DNA from: Escherichia phage pEC-M719-6WT.2 | Length of the DNA: 64,000 nt | Reading direction: 5' to 3' (one strand) | Sequence record: OQ845958.1 | Shown: piece by piece, positions 20,210 through 29,038 of the stretch | Layout: the number at the start of each line of letters is the position of its first letter | How positions within the stretch are numbered: the first letter of the stretch is position 1 | The notes under the pieces: model-generated | What the model was told of the DNA's origin: nothing | Database searches by the model: none | Seen by the model: the letters and a program-made list of their open reading frames with translations, nothing else | Position numbers and translations under genes: made by a program

Positions 20210-20442
20210 TGAAATTTCGTCTAGTTAAATTTTCAGGTCTGAACTCAAAAGGTGAAAACCTGGTAGCCTTTTCAGTAGAATATAAAAAGTACTTTTTCTC
20301 TCGCTGGAAATCGTACTATAAATCTGAGTGGGTTCGCGCCGAAATGAAATATAAAACGGTACCTATTCTTGATAATTGTCACCGTCTATTGCGTGCTCTA
20401 AAAGAGCGTAATGCAACCACTATTAAAACTGTTTTGGAATAA
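20209..20442 (+). CDS. hypothetical protein
   Basis: 77-aa ORF overlapping the cd stop. Confidence 0.4.
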   Translation: MKFRLVKFSGLNSKGENLVAFSVEYKKYFFSRWKSYYKSEWVRAEMKYKTVPILDNCHRLLRALKERNATTIKTVLE

Positions 20443-20444
20443 TT

Positions 20445-20744
20445 ATGATTTTAACTGAACAAGAAACAATTCGCCTTCGCGAAAAAGTCAAGACTATCTT
20501 GTCTGTCGGCTTTCATGAAGTTCTGTTTGAAAAAGCAGATGGTAGCATCCGTCGTATGACTTGTACTCGCGACCTGGACCTGCTTCCATATAAAGAAATC
20601 CAGGCCCCTGGACCAGAAGTCAATAAAGAACCAGTTAGCTATATCCGGGTATTTGATACCAAGCTTAATGAATGGCGTTCATTCTGTTTCAATAAATTGA
20701 TTTCCGTGAATGGACTGCAGACCGAGACTCTGCTCGTCCTTTAA
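20445..20744 (+). CDS. hypothetical protein
   Basis: 99-aa ORF directly after the previous ORF. Confidence 0.4.
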   Translation: MILTEQETIRLREKVKTILSVGFHEVLFEKADGSIRRMTCTRDLDLLPYKEIQAPGPEVNKEPVSYIRVFDTKLNEWRSFCFNKLISVNGLQTETLLVL

Positions 20745-20769
20745 TGCTTCAAACAATGCATGCTATTAT
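20744..20769 (+). promoter_or_regulatory. candidate MotA-type middle promoter for gene 31
   Basis: aTGCTTCA, about 12 nt, TATTAT immediately upstream of the gene 31 start. Confidence 0.4.
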
Positions 20770-20775
20770 TAATAC

Positions 20776-21123
20776 ATGACCAAACAACATGGATTAAATA
20801 TGGAATTACCAATTAAAGCAGTAGGTGAATATATTATTTTGGTTTCTGAGCCAAAGCAAGCCGGTGATGAAGAAACTACGGCATCAGGTATCGTTATCGG
20901 AAAACTCCATCAGGGTGAAATCCCGGAGATGTGTGAAGTATTTTCGGTTGGTCCGGATGTTCCTGAAGGATTCTGCGAAGTAGGTGATTTGACTCCTCTT
21001 CCGGTTGGCAAGATTGCAAACGTTCCACATCCTCTGGTTGCTCTGGGGCTTAAGCAGGCTAAAGAAGTTAAGCAAAAATTTGTGACCTGTCATTATAAAG
21101 CTGTTCCTTGTCTTTATAAGTAA
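20776..21123 (+). CDS. 31: co-chaperonin (GroES-like) for capsid folding, gp31
   Basis: 115 aa; AVGEYxILVSEPxQAGDEE, [17 protein letters not shown], VTCHYKAxPCLYK match T4 gp31 from memory. True start could be the second ATG at 20800. Confidence 0.9.
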   Translation: MTKQHGLNMELPIKAVGEYIILVSEPKQAGDEETTASGIVIGKLHQGEIPEMCEVFSVGPDVPEGFCEVGDLTPLPVGKIANVPHPLVALGLKQAKEVKQKFVTCHYKAVPCLYK

Positions 21124-21294
21124 AATTAGCGTTATAAATAATAATATGGATTGGTTGATGTCATACAGAGCTTTGCTGGTGTATGGGGTTAGCTAATCCT
21201 AAACGGTGGACTACAACTGAGAGACTTGCCGAAAGGAAGTGAAATTCAGAAGAACGTGTCCACCAAATATTCACCTCATATTGAGGCTTCTAAA

Positions 21295-21549
21295 ATGTCT
21301 TTAAACAAACAATTACAACACGCTCTCGAACTGCAACGCACTGCATGGAATAACGGTCACGAAAACTACGGCGCATCTATTGATGTTGAAGCCGAAGCAC
21401 TGGAAATTCTGCAGTATTTCAAACATCTTAACCCGGTTCAAACCGACCTTCGCGCAGTGCTCGAAGCAAAAGATGAACTGAAATTTGCTAAGCCGCTGGC
21501 ATCTGCTGCCCGTAAAGCTGTTCGCCATTTTGTCGTAACCCTGAAGTAA
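21295..21549 (+). CDS. rIII: rIII-like protein (by position and size only; internal start of ORF-track 21226-21549)
   Basis: 84 aa from ATG with GAGG ribosome-binding site; T4 rIII is a small protein lying next to gene 31. No sequence memory to confirm. Confidence 0.35.
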   Translation: MSLNKQLQHALELQRTAWNNGHENYGASIDVEAEALEILQYFKHLNPVQTDLRAVLEAKDELKFAKPLASAARKAVRHFVVTLK

Positions 21550-21947
21550 GCTGTAGGTGATTCGCTACCTTAGTGCGGCTAGAAAATCGAGGAGCCGTCG
21601 AACCGTCTGATTAATGATTTGCGAATCATTATAGTTTTAAGACCCCGGCAGTTTTACGGTGTACCTCTTGAATGTTATTCTTATAGCGGCAAGTGCATGC
21701 TACCCCGAGGTGATGGCCAATCGGGAGTACGCCTCAAGGCCTATATATCCATCAGTATATATCTTATCCTCGAGAAATCGAACCCGGAACCTTTAAGCTA
21801 ACGGTGTGCAACAGATAAGAGCTATAAGGTATGATGACGAGGTTTATGGTTATCCTGTCGTTAAATATCCGAAACCTAATGTTCCCTTCGAGGGCTTGCG
21901 CAGGCAATGCCAATAAGTCCTGCATTCTATTTTAAAGAGAATTTAAT
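21550..21947. other. ORF-free, relatively GC-rich, hairpin-dense intergenic segment; candidate structured RNA or regulatory region
   Basis: No ORF of 60 aa or more that looks real on either strand; hairpins CGGCT..AGCCG and AATGATTtgcgAATCATT; composition differs from flanking coding DNA. Confidence 0.3.
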
Positions 21948-22109
21948 ATGGCTAAGAAAGAAGTTAAAGTTGTTGATGGCTCCTCCAAACGCGCTGGTTA
22001 CAAGCGTGCGTCCAACAAGCGAATCAATCAGGTGACTGATAAACTTCAGGCTCGTGCTCGTGCGGTATTGCGTGCCGATGCAGCTTGCTTTGGTAAGCCG
22101 AAAGCATAA
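21948..22109 (+). CDS. small basic protein (53 aa), not in ORF track
   Basis: ATG ... TAA frame encoding MAKKEVKVVDGSSKRAGYKRASNKRINQVTDKLQARARAVLRADAACFGKPKA; followed directly by a strong terminator. Confidence 0.4.
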   Translation: MAKKEVKVVDGSSKRAGYKRASNKRINQVTDKLQARARAVLRADAACFGKPKA

Positions 22110-22112
22110 GTT

Positions 22113-22143
22113 CAGGGACTCTTCGGAGTCCCTTTTTTATTTT
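22113..22143 (+). terminator. intrinsic terminator (GGGACUC-UUCG-GAGUCCC + U-tract)
   Basis: agggactcttcggagtcccttttttatttt. Confidence 0.7.
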
Positions 22144-22153
22144 CCATAAAGGG

Positions 22154-22183
22154 GTTTACAACAGGGTTGGTCCAGTGCATAAT
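22154..22183 (+). promoter_or_regulatory. early promoter cassette (GTTTACAA ... CATAAT)
   Basis: ggggtttacaa, 17 nt, cataatgattccatactgagtta; leader nearly identical to the cassette at 46373-46420. Confidence 0.5.
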
Positions 22184-22224
22184 GATTCCATACTGAGTTA
22201 CACAATAAAACACTGGAGAATAAA

Positions 22225-22593
22225 ATGAAAATCAATCTTAACTCATACATCAAAGGTAAAGACCACGACGGTTACAAAGCCATTGAAACTAAAGAGATGC
22301 AATGGCACTTGTATAAAGAACAGTTTGAATTTGTTGGTTGCATGACTCCTGAAGGTCCTTCTGATGACTTCTCCTGGAAAATTATGGTAACAAACTTTTT
22401 TACTGGTGATACATACGAACTGAAAACTTTGATTTTGGGTAAGATTCGTTGTAAGACCTATGAAGATGAAGAAACTGGTTATTCTGAAGATGTTACATGG
22501 TATCAAAATGGTCGCACCACTGCAGACCTTCTGATTGAAAAAATGAAAGCTAAGGGTGAATTAAATTTAGATAATTGGATTAAAGTCGCATAA
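22225..22593 (+). CDS. hypothetical protein
   Basis: 122-aa ORF with GGAGAATAAA ribosome-binding site. Confidence 0.5.
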   Translation: MKINLNSYIKGKDHDGYKAIETKEMQWHLYKEQFEFVGCMTPEGPSDDFSWKIMVTNFFTGDTYELKTLILGKIRCKTYEDEETGYSEDVTWYQNGRTTADLLIEKMKAKGELNLDNWIKVA

Positions 22594-22597
22594 AACA

Positions 22598-22640
22598 GTT
22601 TACTTTGGTACAGGTTATGATATTATAAACCTGTACCAAC
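22598..22640 (+). promoter_or_regulatory. early promoter embedded in a 12-bp inverted repeat (promoter plus stem-loop cassette)
   Basis: GTTTACt TTGGTACAGGTT atgaTATTATaa AACCTGTACCAA; -10 sits in the loop of a perfect 12-bp stem. Confidence 0.55.
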
Positions 22641-22664
22641 AAATGAAAACAACTGGAGAATAAA

Positions 22665-23030
22665 ATGAACTACATCAACTTTGAACGCAAATATGTTTCT
22701 AACTGCATCCCAGGTTCTTCTGAAGTTATTTGCTTGTGGAAACATCAAAACGGTTCAGTGTGTGAAATTGAACAGTATATGACTCCTAACTACGTTTATA
22801 TGCGATTTGAAAATGGTATCACTCTTTCAATCACGATGGAAGGTTCGGTATTCAAAATCGCATTAGATGATGACTTCCGTGAGCGTGATTTAGGGACTCA
22901 TCCTTGCTGGAATGGTGTTAATCGCAAGCTTCTGGTTAAAACTTGGATTCGTCACATCCTGAGCAACAAAGCAAAACCTGAACACCTGGAAGCAATCTTT
23001 GATGTAGTTCTTAATGAATTTGATATCTAA
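22665..23030 (+). CDS. hypothetical protein
   Basis: 121-aa ORF with GGAGAATAAA ribosome-binding site. Confidence 0.5.
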   Translation: MNYINFERKYVSNCIPGSSEVICLWKHQNGSVCEIEQYMTPNYVYMRFENGITLSITMEGSVFKIALDDDFRERDLGTHPCWNGVNRKLLVKTWIRHILSNKAKPEHLEAIFDVVLNEFDI

Positions 23031-23067
23031 TCTTAAATGGGGCGAAAGCCCCCTTGAGGAAAATACT

Positions 23068-23355
23068 ATGTTTATGACTACTTACTTTGATACACGTAAA
23101 AATTTCTGTGAAGTTGTTTTCTCTAAAAAAGGTCTTAATGTTCCTGCTGGGTGTGAACCAACACGTGATTCCATTAAGAACTATGTTGATGTAGTTTGCC
23201 CACTAGAATTCCGGACTGTTAATGGACGCGATACTCTGGCAATCACCAAGCTTAGACGCGACATTGATATTGCCCCAATTGCAGCACGTGAAATTAATTC
23301 ATCTGATATTAATGGCGGTAATGTTAAATCACACGGTTTCCAGATGAGGTTCTAA
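23068..23355 (+). CDS. hypothetical protein (internal start of ORF-track 23014-23355)
   Basis: ATG preceded by GAGGAAAATACT; 95 aa. Confidence 0.45.
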   Translation: MFMTTYFDTRKNFCEVVFSKKGLNVPAGCEPTRDSIKNYVDVVCPLEFRTVNGRDTLAITKLRRDIDIAPIAAREINSSDINGGNVKSHGFQMRF

Positions 23356-23549
23356 TGAAATTATTCTTATCACAAACTGTTCAGTTAAAAGGTGTGGGTA
23401 TTCCTGGAATGATTTCAAAGGTCCTGCCTGCGTTTAAATTAGGCAATACCCAAATTAAAGAAGCATATGCAGTCTTGTGGGTTGATGGAACTGAAGACGT
23501 TCGCATGGGCGGTGAGTTGTCTGTAATCAAATGTTTAAAGCGAGGATAA
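23355..23549 (+). CDS. hypothetical protein
   Basis: 64-aa ORF, start overlapping the upstream stop. Confidence 0.4.
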   Translation: MKLFLSQTVQLKGVGIPGMISKVLPAFKLGNTQIKEAYAVLWVDGTEDVRMGGELSVIKCLKRG

Positions 23550-23550
23550 T

Positions 23551-23763
23551 GTGTTTAAGAAACTGATTCAGAAAATTTTGGGAACAGAAATGGTCGAAGT
23601 TACTTATCGCGTGACTGATGTAAGTCCATGGGCCCGAAATATTGAACCATATACTAAAACAATTAAAATGCTGAAATCTGATGGCGGATTATCTATTAAA
23701 GACCGTCTACCTGGTTATGGTCATTGGGCTGATGTGGATATTATCAGTGTCAAAGATGTCTGA
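23551..23763 (+). CDS. hypothetical protein (apparent GTG start)
   Basis: 70-aa ORF with GAGGATAA ribosome-binding site 5-7 nt upstream of GTG. Confidence 0.4.
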   Translation: MFKKLIQKILGTEMVEVTYRVTDVSPWARNIEPYTKTIKMLKSDGGLSIKDRLPGYGHWADVDIISVKDV

Positions 23764-24214
23764 GTTAGAAATAAGAAGCAATTTCCCGTGGCCATCATGT
23801 GCATTAAGTAACTTTGCCAAATGGCCTTTTGTTATGGAGGGTATCCAGTTTGGAGGTCTTGAAGGCTTCCTGCAAGGGTGCAAGGTGAGAAATGTTGAAC
23901 AACAAAAACGTATATTTGGGATGTCCGGATTGGCCGCCCAGCAAAGTGGAAGAGCTTATGCAAGAGCTGCGGACCGTGGGACGCTTTTCTGGCTTGGAAT
24001 TCCCTTTTCAAGATACTCTGCAGCATGGAAAGAGTTGTATACAAATGCATATTTTGAAGCAGCGCTTCAAAACAAAGGATTCCGCGATGCGTTACAATCC
24101 ACAAAAGGCAAAGTTTTAAAGCATTCGATGGCGAGCCACCTTACTGTTCATGATACAATATTGACTGAACAAGAATTTATTGACATACTTAACCAATTGA
24201 GAGATGCATTATGA
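23756..24214 (+). CDS. NADAR/YbiA-like domain protein (putative ADP-ribose N-glycosidase)
   Basis: 152 aa from internal ATG; SNFAKWP ... EGxQFxxLEGFLQGCK resembles the SNFAAWP ... SEHYFQAQK core of E. coli YbiA as I recall it. Confidence 0.5.
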   Translation: MSELEIRSNFPWPSCALSNFAKWPFVMEGIQFGGLEGFLQGCKVRNVEQQKRIFGMSGLAAQQSGRAYARAADRGTLFWLGIPFSRYSAAWKELYTNAYFEAALQNKGFRDALQSTKGKVLKHSMASHLTVHDTILTEQEFIDILNQLRDAL

Positions 24215-25035
24215 AACCCGTTATTTTAACAGATATTGATGGCGTATGTTTGTCATGGCAGTCTGGCTTACCTTATTTCGCCCAAAAATATAATTTACCC
24301 CTGGAACATATCCTTAAGATGATTCAGGACGAAAAATTTGTGACCCCTGGTAAACTTTTCAATTGTGATGAAGAGTTAGGCGCGCAGTTAATTGAAAAAT
24401 ATAACTGTTCAGACTTTATTCGCTATTTGTCTCCTTATGCGGATGCATTAAGGGTTATCAATAACCTCAAAGAGCAATATGATTTTGTGGCTGTTACAGC
24501 CCTAGGTGATTCCATTGACGCACGCTTGAATCGTCAATTTAACCTGAATGCTTTGTTCCCTGGAGCGTTTAAAGAAGTGATGATGTGTGGCCATACAGCC
24601 TCTAAAGAGGATTTGTTTCAGAAGGCAAAAGACAAATATAATGTCGTTTGTTATATTGATGACCTTGCCCACCATTGCGACCATGCGAGTGAAATTCTCG
24701 AGGTTCCGGTTTATTGGATGGCCCGCGGCGAACGTGATGCTATTCCTAAAACAGCTTCCAAAGTTTTTAATTGGGACGATGTTGCTGGACAGCTTAAACT
24801 GAAACACAAAGATGAACCGGTCAAACCAGAATTCACCCCAGATGAACTCCGTAAACTGGAAGAGCTGTTTCGTGAAACTCGACGCCTTCAACAACAAATG
24901 CAGCAAGGCTGGCAGCCTGGTCAACCGTGGACTCCTGGATATAATCCAGCATATCCATATCAATATGGCCAGCGTGTAGGTACTGGTATTGAATACTGGT
25001 ACAATCAACCGACCGGTGGCCAAGGGGGTAATTGA
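24211..25035 (+). CDS. HAD-superfamily phosphatase-like protein with Q/P/G/Y-rich C-terminal tail
   Basis: 274 aa; HAD motif I ILTDIDGV and motif IV YIDDLAHH; low-complexity C-terminal 50 aa. Confidence 0.55.
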   Translation: MKPVILTDIDGVCLSWQSGLPYFAQKYNLPLEHILKMIQDEKFVTPGKLFNCDEELGAQLIEKYNCSDFIRYLSPYADALRVINNLKEQYDFVAVTALGDSIDARLNRQFNLNALFPGAFKEVMMCGHTASKEDLFQKAKDKYNVVCYIDDLAHHCDHASEILEVPVYWMARGERDAIPKTASKVFNWDDVAGQLKLKHKDEPVKPEFTPDELRKLEELFRETRRLQQQMQQGWQPGQPWTPGYNPAYPYQYGQRVGTGIEYWYNQPTGGQGGN

Positions 25036-25313
25036 TGTTTGTCGTTCATACTATTTCTGACCGTGGTCCAACTACCACGATGGATTACGGTCATGTTAAT
25101 CAGTTTATTCGTCATGTGAATCATAATTACTCGTTTGATATTAATCCGGCTAAAGATAACCCCGTTTGGCGTGAATGCGTTGAGCAAGGATTTATCTATA
25201 TTCACTTCATGACCAAAATGAAACCAGACGGGGCAACTAAATTTGTGTTCACTTATCATAAGCGGCTGGATTTGCTTTTGGAAGACGTGGCATATAATAG
25301 AGTCAACGACTAA
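25032..25313 (+). CDS. hypothetical protein
   Basis: 93-aa ORF between HAD-like gene and ligase. Confidence 0.4.
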   Translation: MMFVVHTISDRGPTTTMDYGHVNQFIRHVNHNYSFDINPAKDNPVWRECVEQGFIYIHFMTKMKPDGATKFVFTYHKRLDLLLEDVAYNRVND

Positions 25314-25323
25314 GAGGTGATTA

Positions 25324-26856
25324 ATGATTTTAGATATTTTAAATGAAATTGCTGCAACCGATTCTACTAAAGAGAAACAAGCTATCTTGGAATCGTATTC
25401 TGATAATGAAACCCTTAAACGCGTGTATCGTTTGACATATTCCAAAGGCATCCAGTTCTATATAAAGAAATGGCCAAAACCTGGGGCAACGACTCAAAGC
25501 TTTGGTATGTTGAATATCGATGATATGCTTGACTTTATCGAATTCACATTAGCCTCTCGCAAATTAACAGGTAATGCGGCAATCGAGGAATTATCTGGTT
25601 ATATTGCAGATGGTAAAAAGGCTGATGTTGAAGTCTTGCGGCGTGTGATGATGCGTGACCTGGAATGTGGCGCATCTGTATCGATTGCGAATAAGGTTTG
25701 GAAAGGTTTAATTCCTGAACAACCGCAGATGCTCGCTTCTTCTTATGATGAAGCTGGTATTGCTAAGAACATTAAGTTCCCGGCCTTTGCACAATTGAAA
25801 GCCGATGGCGCTCGGTGTTTTGCAGAAGTTCGCGGCGATGAGTTGGATGATGTTCGATTGTTATCCCGAGCCGGAAATGAGTACCTCAAGCTTGACCTCC
25901 TTAAAAAGGAATTGATTGAAGCCACCCGTGAAGCGCGTGAGAGACATCCTGAGGGCGTTTTAATTGATGGCGAGTTAGTATACCATGAACAGAAAATAGC
26001 TCCCCAGAATGACGGTTTGGGCTTCCTTTTTGACGATTCAGATGAGATTGCTCCTGCAAAAGAAACTGCTGAATCAAGAACCTTTTCAAATGGTATGGCA
26101 AACAAATCATTGAAAGGAACTATTTCTGCAGCAGAAGCTTCTTGTATGAAATTCCAGGTTTGGGATTATGTTCCGCTGATTGAAGTCTATTCTGATGTTA
26201 AGATTCTCAATCCGTTGAAATACGATGTGCGTTTTGCTGTTCTGGAAAAAATGATTGCAGATAACGTGGTGCTGCATGGTTTTGACCGCATGATTCTGAT
26301 TGAAAACCATGTTGTTAACAATCTTGATGAAGCGAAAGTTATCTATAAGAAATACGTGGATGAAGGCCTTGAAGGTATTATCCTTAAGAACATGGCATCG
26401 ATTTGGGAAAACAAGCGCTCAAAGAACCTGTATAAGTTCAAAGAAGTAATTGACATTGCAATGGAAATCATTGGATATTACGAGCACGATAAAGACCCGA
26501 ATAAGATTGGCGGTGTGGTGCTTCGTTCTTCTTGTGGTAAGATTACAAATAACTGTGGTTCTGGTTTTAAAGACACAACTCAAGTCAAAGATAAGAAAAC
26601 CAAAAAATGGGTTACTATTCCGATTGAGGAGCGTCATGAAATGGACCGTGAAGCCTTGATGGTTAAAGCACGTAAAGGTGAATTGGTTGGAATGATTGCC
26701 GACTGTGAATGTAATGGTTGGTTGACTTCCGAGACTCGTAAAGATAATACGGTTGCATTGTTCCTGCCGATTATCAAAGGGTTCCGTTCCGATAAAGACC
26801 ATGCAGACACATTCGAAGATGTATTTGGCGACTGGTCAAAGACTGGATTAAAATAA
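25324..26856 (+). CDS. 30: ATP-dependent DNA ligase
   Basis: 510 aa; N-terminus MILDILNEIAATDSTKEKQAILE and adenylation-domain lysine context match T4 ligase from memory; GAGGTGA ribosome-binding site. Confidence 0.96.
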   Translation: MILDILNEIAATDSTKEKQAILESYSDNETLKRVYRLTYSKGIQFYIKKWPKPGATTQSFGMLNIDDMLDFIEFTLASRKLTGNAAIEELSGYIADGKKADVEVLRRVMMRDLECGASVSIANKVWKGLIPEQPQMLASSYDEAGIAKNIKFPAFAQLKADGARCFAEVRGDELDDVRLLSRAGNEYLKLDLLKKELIEATREARERHPEGVLIDGELVYHEQKIAPQNDGLGFLFDDSDEIAPAKETAESRTFSNGMANKSLKGTISAAEASCMKFQVWDYVPLIEVYSDVKILNPLKYDVRFAVLEKMIADNVVLHGFDRMILIENHVVNNLDEAKVIYKKYVDEGLEGIILKNMASIWENKRSKNLYKFKEVIDIAMEIIGYYEHDKDPNKIGGVVLRSSCGKITNNCGSGFKDTTQVKDKKTKKWVTIPIEERHEMDREALMVKARKGELVGMIADCECNGWLTSETRKDNTVALFLPIIKGFRSDKDHADTFEDVFGDWSKTGLK

Positions 26857-26857
26857 C

Positions 26858-26880
26858 AAAAGGGCTTCGGCCCTTTTTTA
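26858..26880 (+). terminator. intrinsic terminator (GGGC-UUCG-GCCC + U-tract)
   Basis: aaagggcttcggccctttttta after the ligase stop. Confidence 0.7.
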
Positions 26881-26914
26881 GTATAAATACATCATATTTT
26901 ATAAGGAACCTATT

Positions 26915-28975
26915 ATGTCTGAACAATTAAATGAACTCTTTGACAAATATATCGAAACCTTCGGTTATCCTGTCATTAATATGAATCCAAAATACAAGGT
27001 CCCACAGGTTTGGCAATTCGGTGTTCCTGGGACCAATTCTCTTATGGCCCGTTTGATGCAATTCACGGGCAAAGAAACAGTTAAACAATATAAACGCGGT
27101 GATGCAATTGCCGAGGTATTTCTGTTATCCGGAACTTCACACGGTCATGCTGTTCCTCTGAAGGGTGGTTTAGGTGAAAAACCTCTTGATGCAATTAACT
27201 TGATTTTTACTACAGTCTGGGAAAGCATTAAACTAGGCAAACCTGATGTAGTCTTGTTCCGTTTCCCATCCAAAAAGATGAAAGGACAAGACCAAGCTAT
27301 TATTCGTATTATGAATCGACTGATTCAAATGAAAACCAGCGGACGTTATCATGTTCTTCCGAATGCTTCTGGCCTTGGTAAAAAGAACGCTTATGTAATT
27401 ATGTACAAAAGGGGTGTTGACCTACTTTCGGTTGATGGTATGCCACCAGTCCCTGAGAAATATAAAAAAGTCGAAACTAAAGTTGGTGATGTATTCACCA
27501 ATAAAGATAATGGTGCACAAGTATCCAAACAAGAAATTGCAGCCGAGATTCTGATTGACGCAGCAAACAAAAAGACCGATGCTGCTGTTGCCCAGAAAAC
27601 GAAAATCAGCCGCCGAGCTATTGCACAAGCCCAGTACGCCCCAAGTGATTCCGTGCCAGAAGGTTGGGACGAAATTGATGCAGAAGCTGCTAAGTTTAGT
27701 CGCCCGGCTACGGCAGAACTTATCGATGATTATGAAGAACTGGAAATTTTTGTTCGACCTTCCGAAACGAATACTATGGCTCGTATGCGCGCAGCAGATA
27801 CGGCTATGCGAGCAAATGGTGTTTGGAAAGAAGAAATTCGTGTTGAAGACTCTGACCCAATTTTTAACCGTATGCATCGCGAACTTAAACGTGCTCCAGT
27901 TGGTAGTATGAAGCAGATGCAGATTTTTGCCGAATCATGCGCAGAGATTCTTAACCTTCGCAAAGCCGCATTTATTGAAAGAAAAATGAATGATGCTCCT
28001 CCTAACGTGGATGCAGCCACTTATGCAGCCTCGCTCTGGGAAAAAGAATACACAAGCGCCATTCGTGTTGCAGTTAAAGACTTTGCTGAAGAAGCATCAG
28101 AAAATACTCTTAATTTCACGGCAGGGTATACTGACAACCGTTTCCATTATGGTCAGCGAGAAGCAATTGCAGATTATTGTGGAGCAAACTATGCCGATAT
28201 TAATAATTATTTGATGGGCAAATATTATGAAGAAGAAGCTGAATTCCTAAATCTAGACAGAGTTGTCGAAACAATTAAGGAATTGGATTCGGCCTTTGAA
28301 ATTGGCCATAAGTTGCCACCTAATACAACTCTTTGGCGTGGTCAATATTTAAACGTTCCTACATTTGATAAAATTAAGAAATCTAAATTATTTTATTTCA
28401 GGAACTATGTATCAACGTCGTTTAAACCGATTATCTTTGGTGGCTGGGTGGCGAACGTTGCTATGGCTGCAGTTCATCAGGACTATCGTGATGGGACATC
28501 TTTCCAGGCTGATGACGAAATTGTTTTACCAGATATGCCGGAAGCACGCCGCGACCACGTAATGATGCATGTTGGTTGGAAAATTTCTGGGGCGGACTTA
28601 ATTAACGTAATTGTTCCTGGGGAATTGTCAGGCAACCCATCCGAGCAGGAAGTTATTCTTCCTCGTGGGACTGTAGTTAAGATTACCAAAATTACTGATG
28701 CTTCGTATCAAGGAAACGCGAACGTCAAAATGTTGGAAGCTGATATCCAGACTACGGACCAACTGGATGAAAATGCAGTTATCTATGATGGTGATGTGTT
28801 GATGGAAACTGGTGAGCTTGTCGTTTATCAGGGCGAGGAAACAGAAGAGCCAGTAGAATCTGTTGACTTTGCATCGTTTGCATCCTCTGGGGTAACGAAG
28901 AAAGTCAATCAAGGGCTTGGTATTCTTGCTAGTTGTATTAATTTGGAAGCTATTCCTCCCAAATTCCTTTCATAG
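26915..28975 (+). CDS. alt: ADP-ribosyltransferase Alt (virion-packaged)
   Basis: 686 aa, immediately downstream of gene 30 and upstream of 54/48 as in T4; size matches T4 Alt (about 682 aa). Confidence 0.8.
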   Translation: MSEQLNELFDKYIETFGYPVINMNPKYKVPQVWQFGVPGTNSLMARLMQFTGKETVKQYKRGDAIAEVFLLSGTSHGHAVPLKGGLGEKPLDAINLIFTTVWESIKLGKPDVVLFRFPSKKMKGQDQAIIRIMNRLIQMKTSGRYHVLPNASGLGKKNAYVIMYKRGVDLLSVDGMPPVPEKYKKVETKVGDVFTNKDNGAQVSKQEIAAEILIDAANKKTDAAVAQKTKISRRAIAQAQYAPSDSVPEGWDEIDAEAAKFSRPATAELIDDYEELEIFVRPSETNTMARMRAADTAMRANGVWKEEIRVEDSDPIFNRMHRELKRAPVGSMKQMQIFAESCAEILNLRKAAFIERKMNDAPPNVDAATYAASLWEKEYTSAIRVAVKDFAEEASENTLNFTAGYTDNRFHYGQREAIADYCGANYADINNYLMGKYYEEEAEFLNLDRVVETIKELDSAFEIGHKLPPNTTLWRGQYLNVPTFDKIKKSKLFYFRNYVSTSFKPIIFGGWVANVAMAAVHQDYRDGTSFQADDEIVLPDMPEARRDHVMMHVGWKISGADLINVIVPGELSGNPSEQEVILPRGTVVKITKITDASYQGNANVKMLEADIQTTDQLDENAVIYDGDVLMETGELVVYQGEETEEPVESVDFASFASSGVTKKVNQGLGILASCINLEAIPPKFLS

Positions 28976-28977
28976 GG

Positions 28978-29007
28978 GTTTACAAGCACAAGGAAGTGCG
29001 ATACAAT
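28978..29007 (+). promoter_or_regulatory. early promoter (GTTTACAA ... TACAAT)
   Basis: ggggtttacaagcacaaggaagtgcgatacaat upstream of ORF 29039. Confidence 0.4.
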
Positions 29008-29038
29008 GTTCATATCAATTGCACATGAGGAAAACAAA

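Noticed and set aside
21760-21800. Possible tRNA T-arm (minus-strand GGGTTCGATT) in the ORF-free region
   Set aside because: Flanking bases do not form the required 5-bp T-stem (CCGGG versus TCTCG), and no acceptor or anticodon stems could be built; no tRNA is called.
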